From: Octopus sinensis
Taxonomy: Eukaryota
DNA length: 64,000 nucleotides
Reading direction: 5' to 3'
Assembly: GCF_006345805.1 (NCBI RefSeq)
Contig: NW_021833302.1
Location: 13,242-77,241 of the forward strand
Made by a program: the position numbers and the translations under genes. The notes beneath the pieces are model-generated. The model had not been told where the DNA came from. It did no database searches and saw only the letters and a program-made list of their open reading frames with translations. Position 1 is the first letter of the stretch, and each line of letters starts with the position of its first letter. Shown in pieces: positions 13,246 through 26,563 of the stretch.

Positions 13246-13790
13246 GCCCTGAAGCAGTACCAGGCAGTGGCTCTCATGGCTGCTGATCTTAACTGATTGG
13301 AACTGTTATCATGTTCATTGTTTTATCTTGGTGTAAAAGATTTGCTTGTCAATTGATTGACCATAACCAATTGACCATGTCCTCTTAGTGGCTGACGATA
13401 TGTGCATCGCTGATCACAAGCAGAAGTAGTGTGGGAGCATCATAGCCATGTATTGAAAGGAATTCTTAGAGATTTGAATAATTCACCTTTGGAAATATGG
13501 GTGTTTCGTTCAACACCCTTAAACAGTCCTTAATCAGAAACTATTTGAGCGGGATGGGCTACTCGACCAGAAGACAATTCTAACTGGGCCCACCTGCAAG
13601 GTCATGCGCTGTTTGTCTTGATATGAGATCACCACGTCACGCACATGTGGTTGGGATGCATGTGCCTCGTGTATCCTTATCAGACGGGTAGTCATAATGG
13701 GTATACTGGGCTTCGTATATTTTACCCCAGTGTTACTTTGATGGAATGCACTGCTCTCTCACTCAATGATAATAATAATAATATACGCAA
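13245..13790 (+). mobile_element. Family C, about 550 bp non-coding repeat with (AAT)n tail
   Basis: Colinear with 62464-63015 from CAGTACCAGGCAGTGGCTCTCATGG to CTCTCTCACTCAAT(AAT)n. Confidence 0.85.
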
Positions 13791-14404
13791 AATACTTTCA
13801 CTACAGTAACCATATAAGCATCACTGCAAACCACAGCACATACCCAAGGCACACGGAGCTGCGCTCGGTAGTGAAGTGAAAGCACGCTATAAAAATAAAA
13901 CTACTGAATAATAATAATAATATATGTAGTTATGACGATTCCTTTGCTACCTCGATGCCTGCAAATTTACCTTCGCCAATTAGCTACTAACATACATACA
14001 AGTTGGGCAGTGTGTTGAGAAAAGAATGAAATAGAAAATATGTAGGTGTTGAATGTCTGTGTATATAAATACCTTATTACTAGAAAGCAATTTAACGCCT
14101 TCACGACACCACCATTTTGTGACAGTCTATATATATTTTATTCCAAAGTGCCAGGCGGAAGATGGTATATATGGCTATTATTCGAATTTAATGCTGTAAC
14201 AAAGTCCACAGGCCACTTTAAAGCTCGATATTCAATTCAACTATGAATATGGCATATTATATGTAGAAAAATTTCAAGCTGAATAATCTATATAATTTAT
14301 TGAATATATTTTGTTTATTCAAAATTCATACCACACATATATCTTATCAGTTACATAAACTTACCAGGTAATGCGTATCTTCCACACGTGCGCTGCACAA
14401 CAAT

Positions 14405-14735
14405 CTTTGTTCTGCTTTTATGTATATCTCTCGCCCTTTTCAAGCCTAGCCAGGCTCATGGGCCCGGTTTCCCGGTTTCTGTGGCGTATGTGTTCCTCCC
14501 AGCTAGACGGGACGCCAGTCCATCGCAGCGTTACTCAAGAAACAGGAAGAGTGAGAGAAAGTTGTGGCGAAAGAGTACAACAGTGGTCGCCACCCCACCC
14601 CTGCCGGTGCCTCGTGGAGCTTTTAGGTGTTTTCGCTCAATAAACACACACAACGACTGGTCTGGGAATCGAAACCGCGATCCTCCGACCGCGAATCCGC
14701 TGCCCTAACCACTGGGCCATTGCGCCTCCACGCTT
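14405..14735 (-). mobile_element. tRNA-derived SINE (distinct family)
   Basis: Minus strand GGCGCAATGGCCCAGTGGTTAGG (A box) ... GGTTTCGATTCCC (B box), then a unique body and A-rich end. Confidence 0.8.
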
Positions 14736-15857
14736 TTATGAGTAAAGCACCAGAACAGTTTCACTTGTTCTTTGTATGTATGTATCAATGTGGTTTGTAT
14801 GCGTGTGTGATATAGAAGCATAGTGAACGATGTAAACACGTCTTCTATAAACTGCATCTCAGTGGCCACTTCAGCTGTAAATAATAGCTCAAAATACATG
14901 AAGTAAAGAATTCCTTGGTCGCAAAACATGAGGAAAATCTTTGCGAATTCGAATCATGCACACTAGAGTAATGGTATCATGAGCGTTGCGGTTATATTAG
15001 ATGTATTGTTCGATTTCCCAGGCAGCTTTCTGTCTAAGAAGTTTTTGTTCCTCTGCATTATGAGCTACTGATGATAGCTCGACTGATATTCAAGATATAC
15101 TATCCACGAAAGACTTATTAAGACACACGCGCTCTCACATAGGTGTAGTGGAAAAGAAAGAAATAATTTGGTAAGTGCACTTTACAAAATTATCGATCAA
15201 CCCTTGAGGCAATGAAGTAAATATACAACTGATGAATGTATGTGTCCGCGTGAGTACATTTATACAGCAACAGGAAATAACCATAGGATATAGGATGTAC
15301 AAAATGGAAAGGGATGCAGCTAACACGCCGACGCAGATTCACTGGATTTAACGTATTGGATATTTCACGGCATTGACTAAGAGATATGATATCGTAGCTT
15401 GAGAATTATATAATGAAATCCATCCAAAATATAAAATTGAAGAGAGAAATATAAGAAGCTACAGTGATGTGGAGGGCATAGAGAGTATTGTTTCAGACTG
15501 TGCCTGGAAAGAGAATAACAAGGTTTTGTGACCTGGGACAGAACAACTATGCACAGTAACTGAGCCATGTTGCCCCGTTGATATCATTTTTATGCCGAAA
15601 TGATGAGAAATCCATCATGGCTATAATTCAAGATTTCTATCCAAAATTATTAAAACACCTGACACGTAACTAACTGTACTAATCTTAAGAATCACTCTTT
15701 CTCAAAAGTAGACAAAATAAAATAATATGCCTAATAAAAAGATTATATCCACAAGCAATCAAATTTACTCTGAAAATATCTAAAATATTCATGAAGTACT
15801 GTATGTAACTAGATGCATATCTACACTGCTATCCATGCATATGAATGGATATATATA

Positions 15858-15895
<38 letters not shown>

Positions 15896-16534
15896 GTGTG
15901 TGTGTGTGCGGTTACAAAGAAGACTCTCCTGTTTGCTGTTGTCTAAATTCTAATGAAAATGCCATGTTTCTAGACAAGAAACCGGTGACTTGTCCTTTGT
16001 TGGAAAATTCGAAAAATTAAAACAACATAGCATACAAGCCAACCAAGCTATGAAAATGGCAGAAACCATTTTATCAGCGGAGCCGAAGACTACAAAAGAG
16101 CAACAAGAATAATACGTTTCTGTAAATAGACGTCTAACGTCCTAAGAAACACCGTTTACTTCATTTCTGGACAAAAATAATATACCTAGCTCACAATTCT
16201 ATTAACTTCCAAACCAAACTAATCTCATTTAACAACTATGAATGGGACTATTTTGAACAAAAATGAAATAAAAGCTCCATAAAGTTCTACGTTAATAACA
16301 TTTGTTTTTCTCTGGTTATTTCCATCACCAAACTGTCTGATATTTTATAACTACTCTCAACTACAAACAGGAGCGTTATTTTGAAGTAAACTGATACAAA
16401 TGTATTAAAATAATAATCAATGCAAGAGAACAATTATCGGTTGCAGTGGTACGATATAAGGGATCGAAACACGCATACAACTAAACAGACTTTTGAATGC
16501 AATAAAGTTAATCGTGTTATTAATTAGGTGCTTC

Positions 16535-16960
16535 TTAAGGCAGCGGTTCTGAGTTCGAATTCGGCCGAGGTCGACTTTGCCTTTCATCCTTTCGGGATAC
16601 GATAAAATATGTACCAAGAGGCGATTGGCGTCGTTGTAATCAACTTACCCCTCCTCCAAAATTGCTGGCTGGCCTTGTGCCAGATGTTGAAACCATTATT
16701 TCAACATTTCAAAATTTGAAACAGTTATTAACGTGCTTCTTAAGGTGCCGAACCGGCAGAACTGTTAGCACGCCGGGAAAATTCTTAGCGTCATTTCGAG
16801 TGTCTTTACTTTCTGAGTTCAAATTCCGCCGAGGTCGACTTTGCGTTTCATCCTTTCGGGATAACGATAAAATAAGTACCAGTTGAGGATGGAGTCGAGG
16901 TAATCAACTAATCCTCTTCCCCAAAATTGCTGGCCTTGTGCCAGGTGTTGAAACCATTAT
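16535..16960 (+). mobile_element. Two degenerate SINE family B copies in tandem
   Basis: GTTCTGAGTTCRAATTC(C/G)GCCGAGGTCGACTTTGCNTTTCATCCTTTCGGG core occurs twice. Confidence 0.8.
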
Positions 16961-17019
16961 TTACATGCTTCTTAATGTCTAAAATTTATTTATACATGTG
17001 TGTATATGTGTGTGTCTTT

Positions 17020-17310
17020 TACTTGTTTTTGTCATTGGACTGCGATCGTGAAATGTTTAGTCAAACAAATCGACCCCAGTACTTCTTTTTAAAGTCTGGC
17101 ATTTATTCTAGCGGTTCCTTCTAACGAACCTCTAAGTAACAGGGAAGCAAAGAAACCAAAACCGGTTGTCAAGTGGTGTTAGTATATGTTTGTGCGCGCG
17201 CCTGTGTGCGTGTCTGTTTTCACTTAGTTTCTCTCTACCTGTTTTACTCACAAGGCATTGGTCGGCCTGTGGGGTGAGGAACCTATAGAATAGGACTGAA
17301 CCTGAAACAA
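17020..17310 (-). mobile_element. SINE family A, internally deleted and degenerate
   Basis: Recognisable tail (GTCATTGGACTGCG) and ACAAGGCATTGGTCGGCC body segments. Confidence 0.6.
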
Positions 17311-18559
17311 GTGCGAACGTGTGAGAGAGAGTATCTAATAGCAAAATATTTAGAATGTTTTCCAATTGAAATGTATTCCCTCTTTATCAACACACATTCT
17401 CTTTAACATTCAAACCTTTTGTTATACATATTTAACACAAAATTATTTAGAAGCAAATAAGGAATTGGGCATACTTGTTACTCCGCTGAGAATACAATTT
17501 TGTTCGGTAGATTTCATTCGTCGTCCACTTTAACATTAGCAAAAAGCGCACCTTTAGCGAAGTCCGTTCTGTTACAAACATTCGATCCAGGTCTCTCGTC
17601 TGAGATTACTTTCATCACTCCTTCCTTTACTAATAGTCTCGCAGCATCTGGGGAGTCTTATAGTCACTGTTATTCCCTCCTGACTGAGAAATTGAATAAA
17701 TATTAAAATTAAATAAACTTCAGATGAGTTATTGCTTAAAAAGAAGTTAATAAAAATCCTAATGATCGTCATTGGGATTGTAGCGTCGCACTGACTCGGG
17801 AGGCGGATGTATGTATGTGCACAAACACTCATTCTTACATGTATGCATGTATGTTTCTTTCTTTGGGAATTGAGATGTTTGCTTTGCACAGTTCACTATT
17901 AAAGCATGGCTCTTGAGTTTAAGTTAAACTAGCTCCGGGGGTTTGATGGTCTTTTGAATTGATTGGTGCGTGTATATTTGTATGTGCGCGAGTGGATAAA
18001 CTTGCACGCGCATAGTGAGTGTCCTGTCACTTTAGTACATAAGTATATGCGTACGTGTATGATTAACTATTATGTGTGCGTGTGTGTGTGTCAAACCCGG
18101 ACCCAAATTCCATCCAATCATCATGTATATTTTTAACTCCCATCCGTAAAATATATATAAATCCATCTGTCTTTTCATATTGTATATAAGAAGCGTGTTT
18201 GTATCCTACATGTCCCTTGTCTGTCCTTGTAACGTCCCCTCTATATAAACCTTTTTGTAGGTAACTAAAGAAATATATTATGTGTGTGTGTGTGTGTTGA
18301 TTATGTGTATACGACTGTGTACCTGTGTTTATCAAAATACATCAACTGGATAATCCCTCCAATGCCTTACAAATGTTTACAGTACCTAGAATTGTGTTTA
18401 TTTGAAGAATACAAATCCTTTTGGTGTTCTTTGGAGAACCCTAGTGTTTAAAGTTTTCGATGCAAATTAAGTGCTTTGTGCATCGATGGTATTTAATACA
18501 AATGAAAATCTATAGCGCGTATATAAAAGCTACAGGTTTCTCCTTTTCTTGATATTTGA

Positions 18560-18780
18560 CGGGATATGAAGGTGGCACGCTGGCAGAATCGTTAGCACAC
18601 AGGGTGTAGTGCTTACCAGCATTTCGTCCGTCTTCACATCCTGAGTGCGAATGCGGGAGGGGTCGACTTTGCCTTTCTTTCTTTCGGGGTCGATAAAATA
18701 AGTACCAGCTGAACAGTGGGGTCGATATAATTGACTTCCTTCTTCTTCTAAAACTGCTGGCCTTGTGCCAAAATTTAAAA
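18560..18780 (-). mobile_element. SINE family B
   Basis: Match to family B core GGTCGACTTTGCCTTTCNTNCTTTCGGGGTCGATAAAATAAGTACCAG and head TGGCAGAATCGTTAGCAC (core reads on + here; orientation call tentative). Confidence 0.6.
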
Positions 18781-19329
18781 TCAACATTTGACGGGACATT
18801 CACATCAGCAGGGCATACGAACTCTTCGACAGTGTATGACTTTCACTTCTTCTCGTATATAATATGCTCCAGCCTGTTCTTACACCGTGTTACTGTTTTT
18901 AAGGGAATGCTCTACCAATATTCTTTACTTTTAAAGGTGTATACAATTTCTTGTTCTAGTTATTGCTGTCAAGACAATCCTTCCTGTGAATACCTTTATA
19001 GAAGGTTTTAGTGAAAGTGCCACATCTTATGGAAAGATGGTATCCTGCGAATATTTTCGGGCAACCGCTGAAGATATATCAGATATTTTTCACACTGGTA
19101 CGGCAAAACTGACATTTTCGACCATAACATGGGAGTCTTTTAAGTATTTAGTAGTTTTTACCCTCGTTCCTCGATAGTTAAGGGATAGCTTTCTAGGTCC
19201 CATTCAATTTGTTGCTGGCCGAGAGGGAACTACTTTTACGATTAGTATCAGTAATCTCGAGTTTGTTAGATATGTACCAATGTAAAACTTAACTGCTGGT
19301 ATGATAACTATTTCTCTGCAAACTCTGCA

Positions 19330-19769
19330 AACTCAGGACATGGCGGCAGACAAAATACTTATTTCTTTACTACCCACAAGGGGCTAAACACAGAGATGAC
19401 AAACAAGGACAGACAAACGTATCAAGTCGGTTATATCGACCCCAGTGCGTAACTGGTACTTATTTGATCGACACCGAAAGGATGAAAGGCAAAGTCGACC
19501 ACGGCGGAATTTGAATTCAGAACGTAACGGCAGACGAAATACCTATTTCTATTTCTTTACTACCTCCAAGGGGCTAAACACAGAGGGGACAAACAAGGAC
19601 AAACAAACGGATTAAGTCGATTACATCGACCCCAGTGCGCAACAGGTACTTATTTAATCGACCCCGAAAGGATGAAAGGCAAAGTCGACCTCGGCGAAAT
19701 TTGAACTCAGAATGTAGCGGCAGATGAAATACGGCTGAGCATTTCGCCCGGCCTGCTAAATATTCTGCC

Positions 19770-19775
<6 letters not shown>
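19330..19775 (-). mobile_element. SINE family B, head plus about 2 tandem body-tail units
   Basis: Repeated AAGGGGCTAAACACAGAG...GGATGAAAGGCAAAGTCGACC units of about 185 bp. Confidence 0.88.
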
Positions 19776-19833
<58 letters not shown>

Positions 19834-20181
19834 TGGAGACCTGAGAATTGAGGTCGTTAAGATGTGGCAGCTACGAAGGTTTCCCTACTGTCATCGGAGC
19901 ATTGGTTTTAATACAAACCAATCTGGCGAAAGAAAAAATATTAAAACTTTTTTTTAATTTTGAAACTTTAGAAAATGGAAAAATCGGCATTACGTGGAAC
20001 TGCACACATGTTGCGTAAAGTACTGTCTGTCTAAGGTACATGTGACTTGATAGATAGTACAAATGCCCAGTAGACACAGCATCTTCAATCAACAGCATCA
20101 CAATATTGGATACTGTGTGATGTCTTAAAGAATAATAACAACAATAATAATATCAACAACAACAACAATAATAATAATAAT

Positions 20182-20356
20182 TGGGCCCCACCTACAAGGT
20201 CATGCGCTGTTTATCTTGATATCAAATCACCATGTCGCGCACATATGGTTGTGATGTATGTGCCTGGTGTACCCTTATCAGATGGGTAGTCATGATGGGT
20301 ATATTGGGCTTAGTACCCCAGTATCGCTTTGATGGCATGCACTGCTCTCTCACTAA
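20182..20356 (+). mobile_element. Family C 3' fragment flanked by AAT/AAC repeats
   Basis: GGGCCCCACCTRCAAGGTCATGCGCTG ... GCACTGCTCTCTCACT matches the family C 3' end. Confidence 0.85.
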
Positions 20357-20399
20357 AAAAACAACAACAACAACAACAACAACAACAATAATAATAATA

Positions 20400-20820
20400 A
20401 TTCTTTCTAAAGGCTTAACATTTAGGGAGAGGGCGCCAGTCGATTATATCGTTCCCGGCGATCGACTCGTTGGTACATATTTCATTGACCGCGAAAGGAT
20501 GAAATGCAAAGTCGACCTCGGCGGAATTTGAGCTCACAGAGTAAAGACGTGCGAAATGAGGTTAAGTATTTTCTCCGGCGCAGTAAAGTTTCTACAAGCT
20601 CACCGTCTCAATAGTGATATGTTCTAAAGTCAGCAAGAATTTGGAGAAGAAACGCATATTCGTTAACAGCGACACCAGTACGGTATTAATTCATCGACCC
20701 TGAAAAATGAAAGGCAGCGTCGACCCCAGTAGAAATGAAACGCGGGGAGCAGAGATAAATGCCGCAGTAGATCTTCCCGATGCTCTAACGATTCTGCCAA
20801 TGCACTGCCCTCTCACATAA
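20400..20820 (-). mobile_element. Two degenerate SINE family B copies
   Basis: GAAAGGATGAAATGCAAAGTCGACCTCGGCGGAATTTGAGCTC and a second weaker copy. Confidence 0.65.
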
Positions 20821-20859
20821 CTATATTATTAAGGTCCAGCTACCTAAACACACGCACGC

Positions 20860-20895
<36 letters not shown>

Positions 20896-21574
20896 GCTCA
20901 CTAGAACATTGCATTTGAAAGCTCATCCGGCAATCATTTTTTGCTCAGTTTTCTTCCTTCCTACCTTTCTTCATCGCTATTTCTGTATTTCATTCATCCA
21001 ATAATAACCCTGTCTATCATTCCTTTCTTCATTTCTTTTATTTATTCTTTCTTTTTTCCTCCTTTCCCCCGTTTCCTTTCTTAGCAACTCCTTCTTTTCC
21101 ATTCTGTTTCCCTCTTCCCTTCTTACAGTAAATCGCTATCATTCCTTGTTTGTCTTTCTTTCTATCAAGCTTTTATTTCCTTTTTTCCTTCAACTTTCCT
21201 TTCTATATCTCTGTAACTCTCATTTTTCTTGTTTTCCTTCCTGCCTTCCTTCCTTCCTTTTCCTCTTTCACCTTCCACCTCACTCCTATAGCAATCACTT
21301 TCTCTCAATCTCCTCTTTTCCTCATCTGGAATAACTTCCCTTTGCCACTTCTTTTCTTCTTCATTCCTATAAGAAATTATTTTTCTTTTTTCTTTCATTC
21401 ATTTCTCCTCCATATTTCCTCCTTTATATTTTCCCTTATCTCTTCTCCATTCCTCATTATTACTCTCGCTGTTTTTCTCGTTCTTACATTACTCTCCAAT
21501 GTTTTTTTCCTTCTTCAATATTACGAATGATTACTCTAAATGTTTCAAATTTTGGAAAAAGGCAAGTAATTTTG

Positions 21575-22030
21575 GGGTAAGTGGCTAGTCGATACCATGT
21601 ATCTCAATACTTGAATGGCACTTATTTCATTGGCCCATGAAGAATGAAAGGTAAAAATGACTCAAGTAGAATTTGAATTCAGGACGTAAAGAAGCAGAAG
21701 AAATACCTATTTCTTTACTACCCACAAGGGGCTAAACACAGAGAGGACAAACAAGGACAGACAAGCGGATTAAGTCGATTATATCGATCCCAGTGCGTAA
21801 CTGGTACTTATTTAATCGACCCCGAAAGGATGAAAGGTAAAGTCGACCTCGGTAGAATTTGAACTCAGAACGTAGCGGCAAAAGAAATACCTATTTCTTT
21901 ACTACCCACAAGGGGCTAAACACAGAGGGGCCAAACAAGGACAGACAAACAGATCAAGTCGATTATATCGACCCCAGTGCGTAACTGGTACTTATTTAAT
22001 CGAAATACTGCTAAGCATTTTGTCCGATGC
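21575..22030 (-). mobile_element. SINE family B multimer (about 2.5 units)
   Basis: GAAATACCTATTTCTTTACTACCCACAAGGGGCTAAACACAGAG occurs twice, about 190 bp apart. Confidence 0.88.
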
Positions 22031-22084
22031 GCTGACGACTGTAATACTTTATGACATTACACAACATTATTATAATTATATTTA

Positions 22085-22830
22085 TGATAGGCACAAGGCC
22101 TGAAATTTGGTGAGGGGACAGGTCATGTCGATTACATCGATCCAGTGTTCAACTGCTCCTTATTTTCTCGACCCCGAAAGGATGAAAACAAAAGTCGATC
22201 CTGGACGGAATTTGAACGCTGAACATAAGGACAGATTACCAACAATTCAATCAGCTCACCGCCTAAGCTAACATCATTATAATAACTTCGTCTGCCTCTA
22301 GGTTCTGAGTTCAAATTCCGCTGAGGTCGTCTTTGCATTTCATCCTTTCGAGGTCGATAAATTAAGTATCAGTGAAGCACTGGGCTCGATGTAATCGACT
22401 AGTCCCCTTCCCACAAATTTCTGGCCTCGTGCCCATAGTAGAAAGGATCATTATAATCCCTTCAGATGTTAGCAGCTGGCGAAAAATTTTAAGGAAAGGA
22501 TTTAGTTCTCACCTACTTCTTATTTTATCGATCTCAAACGATGAAAGTCGAAGTCCATGCTTTTTGTATGCAAGCCGACAGGGCTCGCTCTGAGCACTTT
22601 AATTTTTTTCACAGTGAAATTTCAAATTTGACACAATGCCGGCACATTTTAGGGGAGGGTTAGTCGACAGCAACGACCCCAGTGCTCAACTGGTACCTTA
22701 TTTTATTATCCCGCCATCCGAAAAGTTGAAAGACTAAGTTGACCTTGGTAGGATTTGAACACAGAACGTAAACTACTAAAAGAAATATCGCCAACCGTGT
22801 TGTCCTATTCTGGCAGCTCGCCTCCTTAGA
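22085..22830. mobile_element. Cluster of three SINE family B copies (-, +, -)
   Basis: Family B core at about 22170 (-), 22300 (+) and 22730 (-). Confidence 0.7.
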
Positions 22831-23482
22831 AACCATTAAAAGGATACGAAAATTCGATACGCCTCTGCATAACTAAAACAGATACTCATGAGGTGCAGGT
22901 TTCAATTCCACAACCTGATACCTTAGGGAGTACTTTTTCCCTGAGTTTCAGGTCGAACCAAGCCTGTGAGTAACAATGAATTTTACCTACTATTCAAAGA
23001 ACCGACTTTGGCACACTGACTGAAGCTTAATTCTGCCTAGACATTAGGTTACATAACCACGTGACTGAGAAATACTCTGCCATTTAGACTCTCATTTAAT
23101 GATCAGCTGATCATCGAGCTCCTTGATCAATAAAGCGATTCATTTACACACACACACACACACACAAATAAATGAATGTAGATTTGTTTCATAGAGTATT
23201 TGCGTGTGATGTTATCAATAGATATTTTGCATATAACAGTCGTTGCATTTTTGTTGTGAGATGCATGTTTGGGACTACGTTTCATTGTATAGATAAGTAT
23301 GTCTATATGTGAAAGTTCTTTGCTTGAACGTTTTTTCAGTCATGTTGGCGCTATAGTAGAAGACACTTAGCCAGGTGCCACGCAGTAGGACAGAACCCGG
23401 AATCAAAGTGACTTAGAAACTAAATTCTTACTACACAGCCACTCACATGACTAAACATACAAATACATGCATACATACATAC

Positions 23483-23513
<31 letters not shown>

Positions 23514-24031
23514 CAGGCCCTTAAGTCCCTACCCGGTCCATATGCTATGTTATTGGACCATACATTTTTGACGGGACAGTAAGTCATACCTCATATCTGG
23601 ACATGTTACAACAATGGTTTATAACGAAACTCAATGAACTTGGAATCAGAGAGATTTAGTTTCAACATGATAGAACTCCGGTTCATTATGACATCACTCA
23701 GCGAGATTATCTTAATCACACTTTTCCAGACAAATGGGTAGGTTGTAGTCCAGTAACAACCCCGGTGCCCGTGAAATGGCCGCAATAAGTCCGCATTCGA
23801 TAACATGCGATAACTCTCTTTTGAGGCTTCTTAAAGGACATTGTGTCTAAACAACGTTCTAATTCCAATGCTGAATTGAAGGCATTTGGAACAATAACCT
23901 TTGCTATATTGAGGGTAATGTCTCACAGACCATGGAGTCGTATAAAATTGTGCAGCGAGAATGAGGGACATCACACAGATACAGTGGATACATAAGATAT
24001 ATGGATGGGTAGGAACTTATGGGCCACCCTA
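23514..24031 (+). mobile_element. Internally deleted Tc1/mariner-superfamily element
   Basis: Imperfect TIRs (GCCCWTAAGTYCCTACCC at both ends); degraded transposase C-terminus WP..SP....CDNSL*GFLKDIV and WSRIKLCSENEGHHTD. Confidence 0.65.
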
Positions 24032-24147
24032 CGATTTTTTTTTTAAATTACACACACACACACATATAGGTTTGTCATATTTTCCTTTTATTGTCTTTTT
24101 ATTTAAGATAAGATAGATAGACAAATAGACAAATAAATAGAGATAGG

Positions 24148-24211
<64 letters not shown>

Positions 24212-24772
24212 AAGAAAGATAGGCTGATAGGCAGACAGACAGGCAGTCAGGTTTTTGTTTCCGTGAGTTATACAATGTTAATTAGTATGCATGTATATAT
24301 GTATATGTATGTGTGCTTGAGTCTACTGATCAATATGAGCTATGCAGGTGTGTGTGTATGACCGTGTAAAGGTTTGTGTATGTGTGTAAATGTGTGCTTA
24401 AGTGTATGTGTTATCAATGTATATATAATGATTTTCTGTATTTGTGGAAGTGCAGTATTTTTCTGTGTGAGTAGAAGAGTGTAGTAATGTATACAGCTGT
24501 GGTTATGTGCATGGATATGTGTATGAATCAGCATATCCATGTGAATATGTGTGTTGGTATATGTACGAGAGAGTGAATATGTTTAAGTATATCGGTATTT
24601 CTGTGGGTGTGTGTGTGTGTGTGTGTATGTGTGAATGTGTGTAGATTTACATCTATGTACTTGTGTGTATGCGTATGCATGCGTGTGTCATTATACATTT
24701 ATATCGATCAGAACGTGTGCGCGTGTATGTGTGTGTATGTGTGTGTATCTGAGCTTGAACTACCTCTCTCTC

Positions 24773-24967
<195 letters not shown>

Positions 24968-25457
24968 ATCTATCTGACAAAAGTGAAATAACCGAGTTGT
25001 AGGCAGGTGATAATGTTCTAGAGAAAGCACTGTTCTAAGGTTATATGTGTGTGTGTGTGTGTGTGTTTGTGTGTGCATCATATATAAACTCACACAATAC
25101 GCATACTCATAGGCACACTAACACGCGCGCACAAAAACACACATACGAATACATATACATATGCAATACTTACATGCATGCTCATCCATTCGCTCTCACG
25201 ATCTCTCCCTCTCCTTGATTTTGTTTCTAGTGGTACGGTTCTAATTACATACTTACCTAAACATCTCTAAGCACACATACACAGATATTCTCAGGTGTAG
25301 GGATATTAAACCTACATACTGAAGTATGTGGACATATAAGCGTACGTTCGTGAATTTCAATACAAACTGCACACACTACATATCACCAGTAGACCCGTTT
25401 CATTTTCCGTGTCAAATTAGTGCTTACACTGCTTAAGCACACACACACACACACACA

Positions 25458-25533
<76 letters not shown>

Positions 25534-26563
25534 AGGTATATGCATATATGTACATGGGTGTGCATGCATGCGTACATTCTTGCATGCATGCATGCATACG
25601 TACATGCATGCATACGTATGTATTTGCGTACGTACGTACATACATACGCGGCAGATATTCTTTCCGGACATGATAGCATGTTTCCAGAGGTCGCACGTTC
25701 ATTAAAACATTATCAACAGCAGGCGGCAGAATGAATCGCATGAGGAAAAAAAATAAACCCAGAAAACGTATCTGATTTCTTACACGCCGGCAAGCACGGA
25801 AAGCGAAAGCGGAAAATACCGTAAAGAGCGGAAACATCCATGATTCAAATAGAGGTCACTCTACACGCAAACTTTTACATTAGAGTGCTCTCCTCTTAGA
25901 GGTTAATATGATAAATATAAATTAAAAGTAAAATGCAGAAAGGAGATATTGAATATAGAATAATCTATTTAGCAAGTACACCGAAAATATTTCTGCGTAC
26001 AAAATTTTAGCACTGAGCTATATAACGGAAAATATATTCAGGCTCTGAGCTGTCATGTATTAATGTATTAAGAAGGTGTAAGAGATGAAACATTACGGGA
26101 TAAAACAAGCTATGCAAAGACGTGTGTATATATGTATATTCATGTGTGTGTGTGTATGTGTGTGTGTGTATGTGTGTGTGTGTGCGTGTGTGTGTGTGAA
26201 ACTGTGTATGTGTATATAATTATATGTATACTCACTCCCACGAATTATTATTCTCTCTCACTGTCTCTCTTCTCTTTTCTGATGAAGGACTAATGTCCGA
26301 AGCGTTAAGAGTATTTTTCCTTCCATCAATGTTTTAAGCTACTATCGTATTTTTTAAAGAAGAACAACGTTGACACAATCAATTCTTGATTCACAGGACT
26401 TGCTGGAGGCTATAATAGAAGGCACATGTCCAAGAGAGCATGCGTGGGTATAAACACAATTCCTGTTTGCAAAAGCAAACTTCTACCCAAAGATTCTCAA
26501 ACATAGATATATGGATATATAAAAACGTGTGTAATTAATGGTATACGTTTTATATAACAAATA

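Noticed and set aside
14660-14735. tRNA-like sequences here and at about 32110-32190
   Set aside because: They continue into SINE bodies and lack a complete acceptor stem; SINE heads, not tRNA genes
18830-19330. GC-neutral stretch that may be a decayed LINE coding fragment
   Set aside because: Many stops and no motif I could identify with confidence
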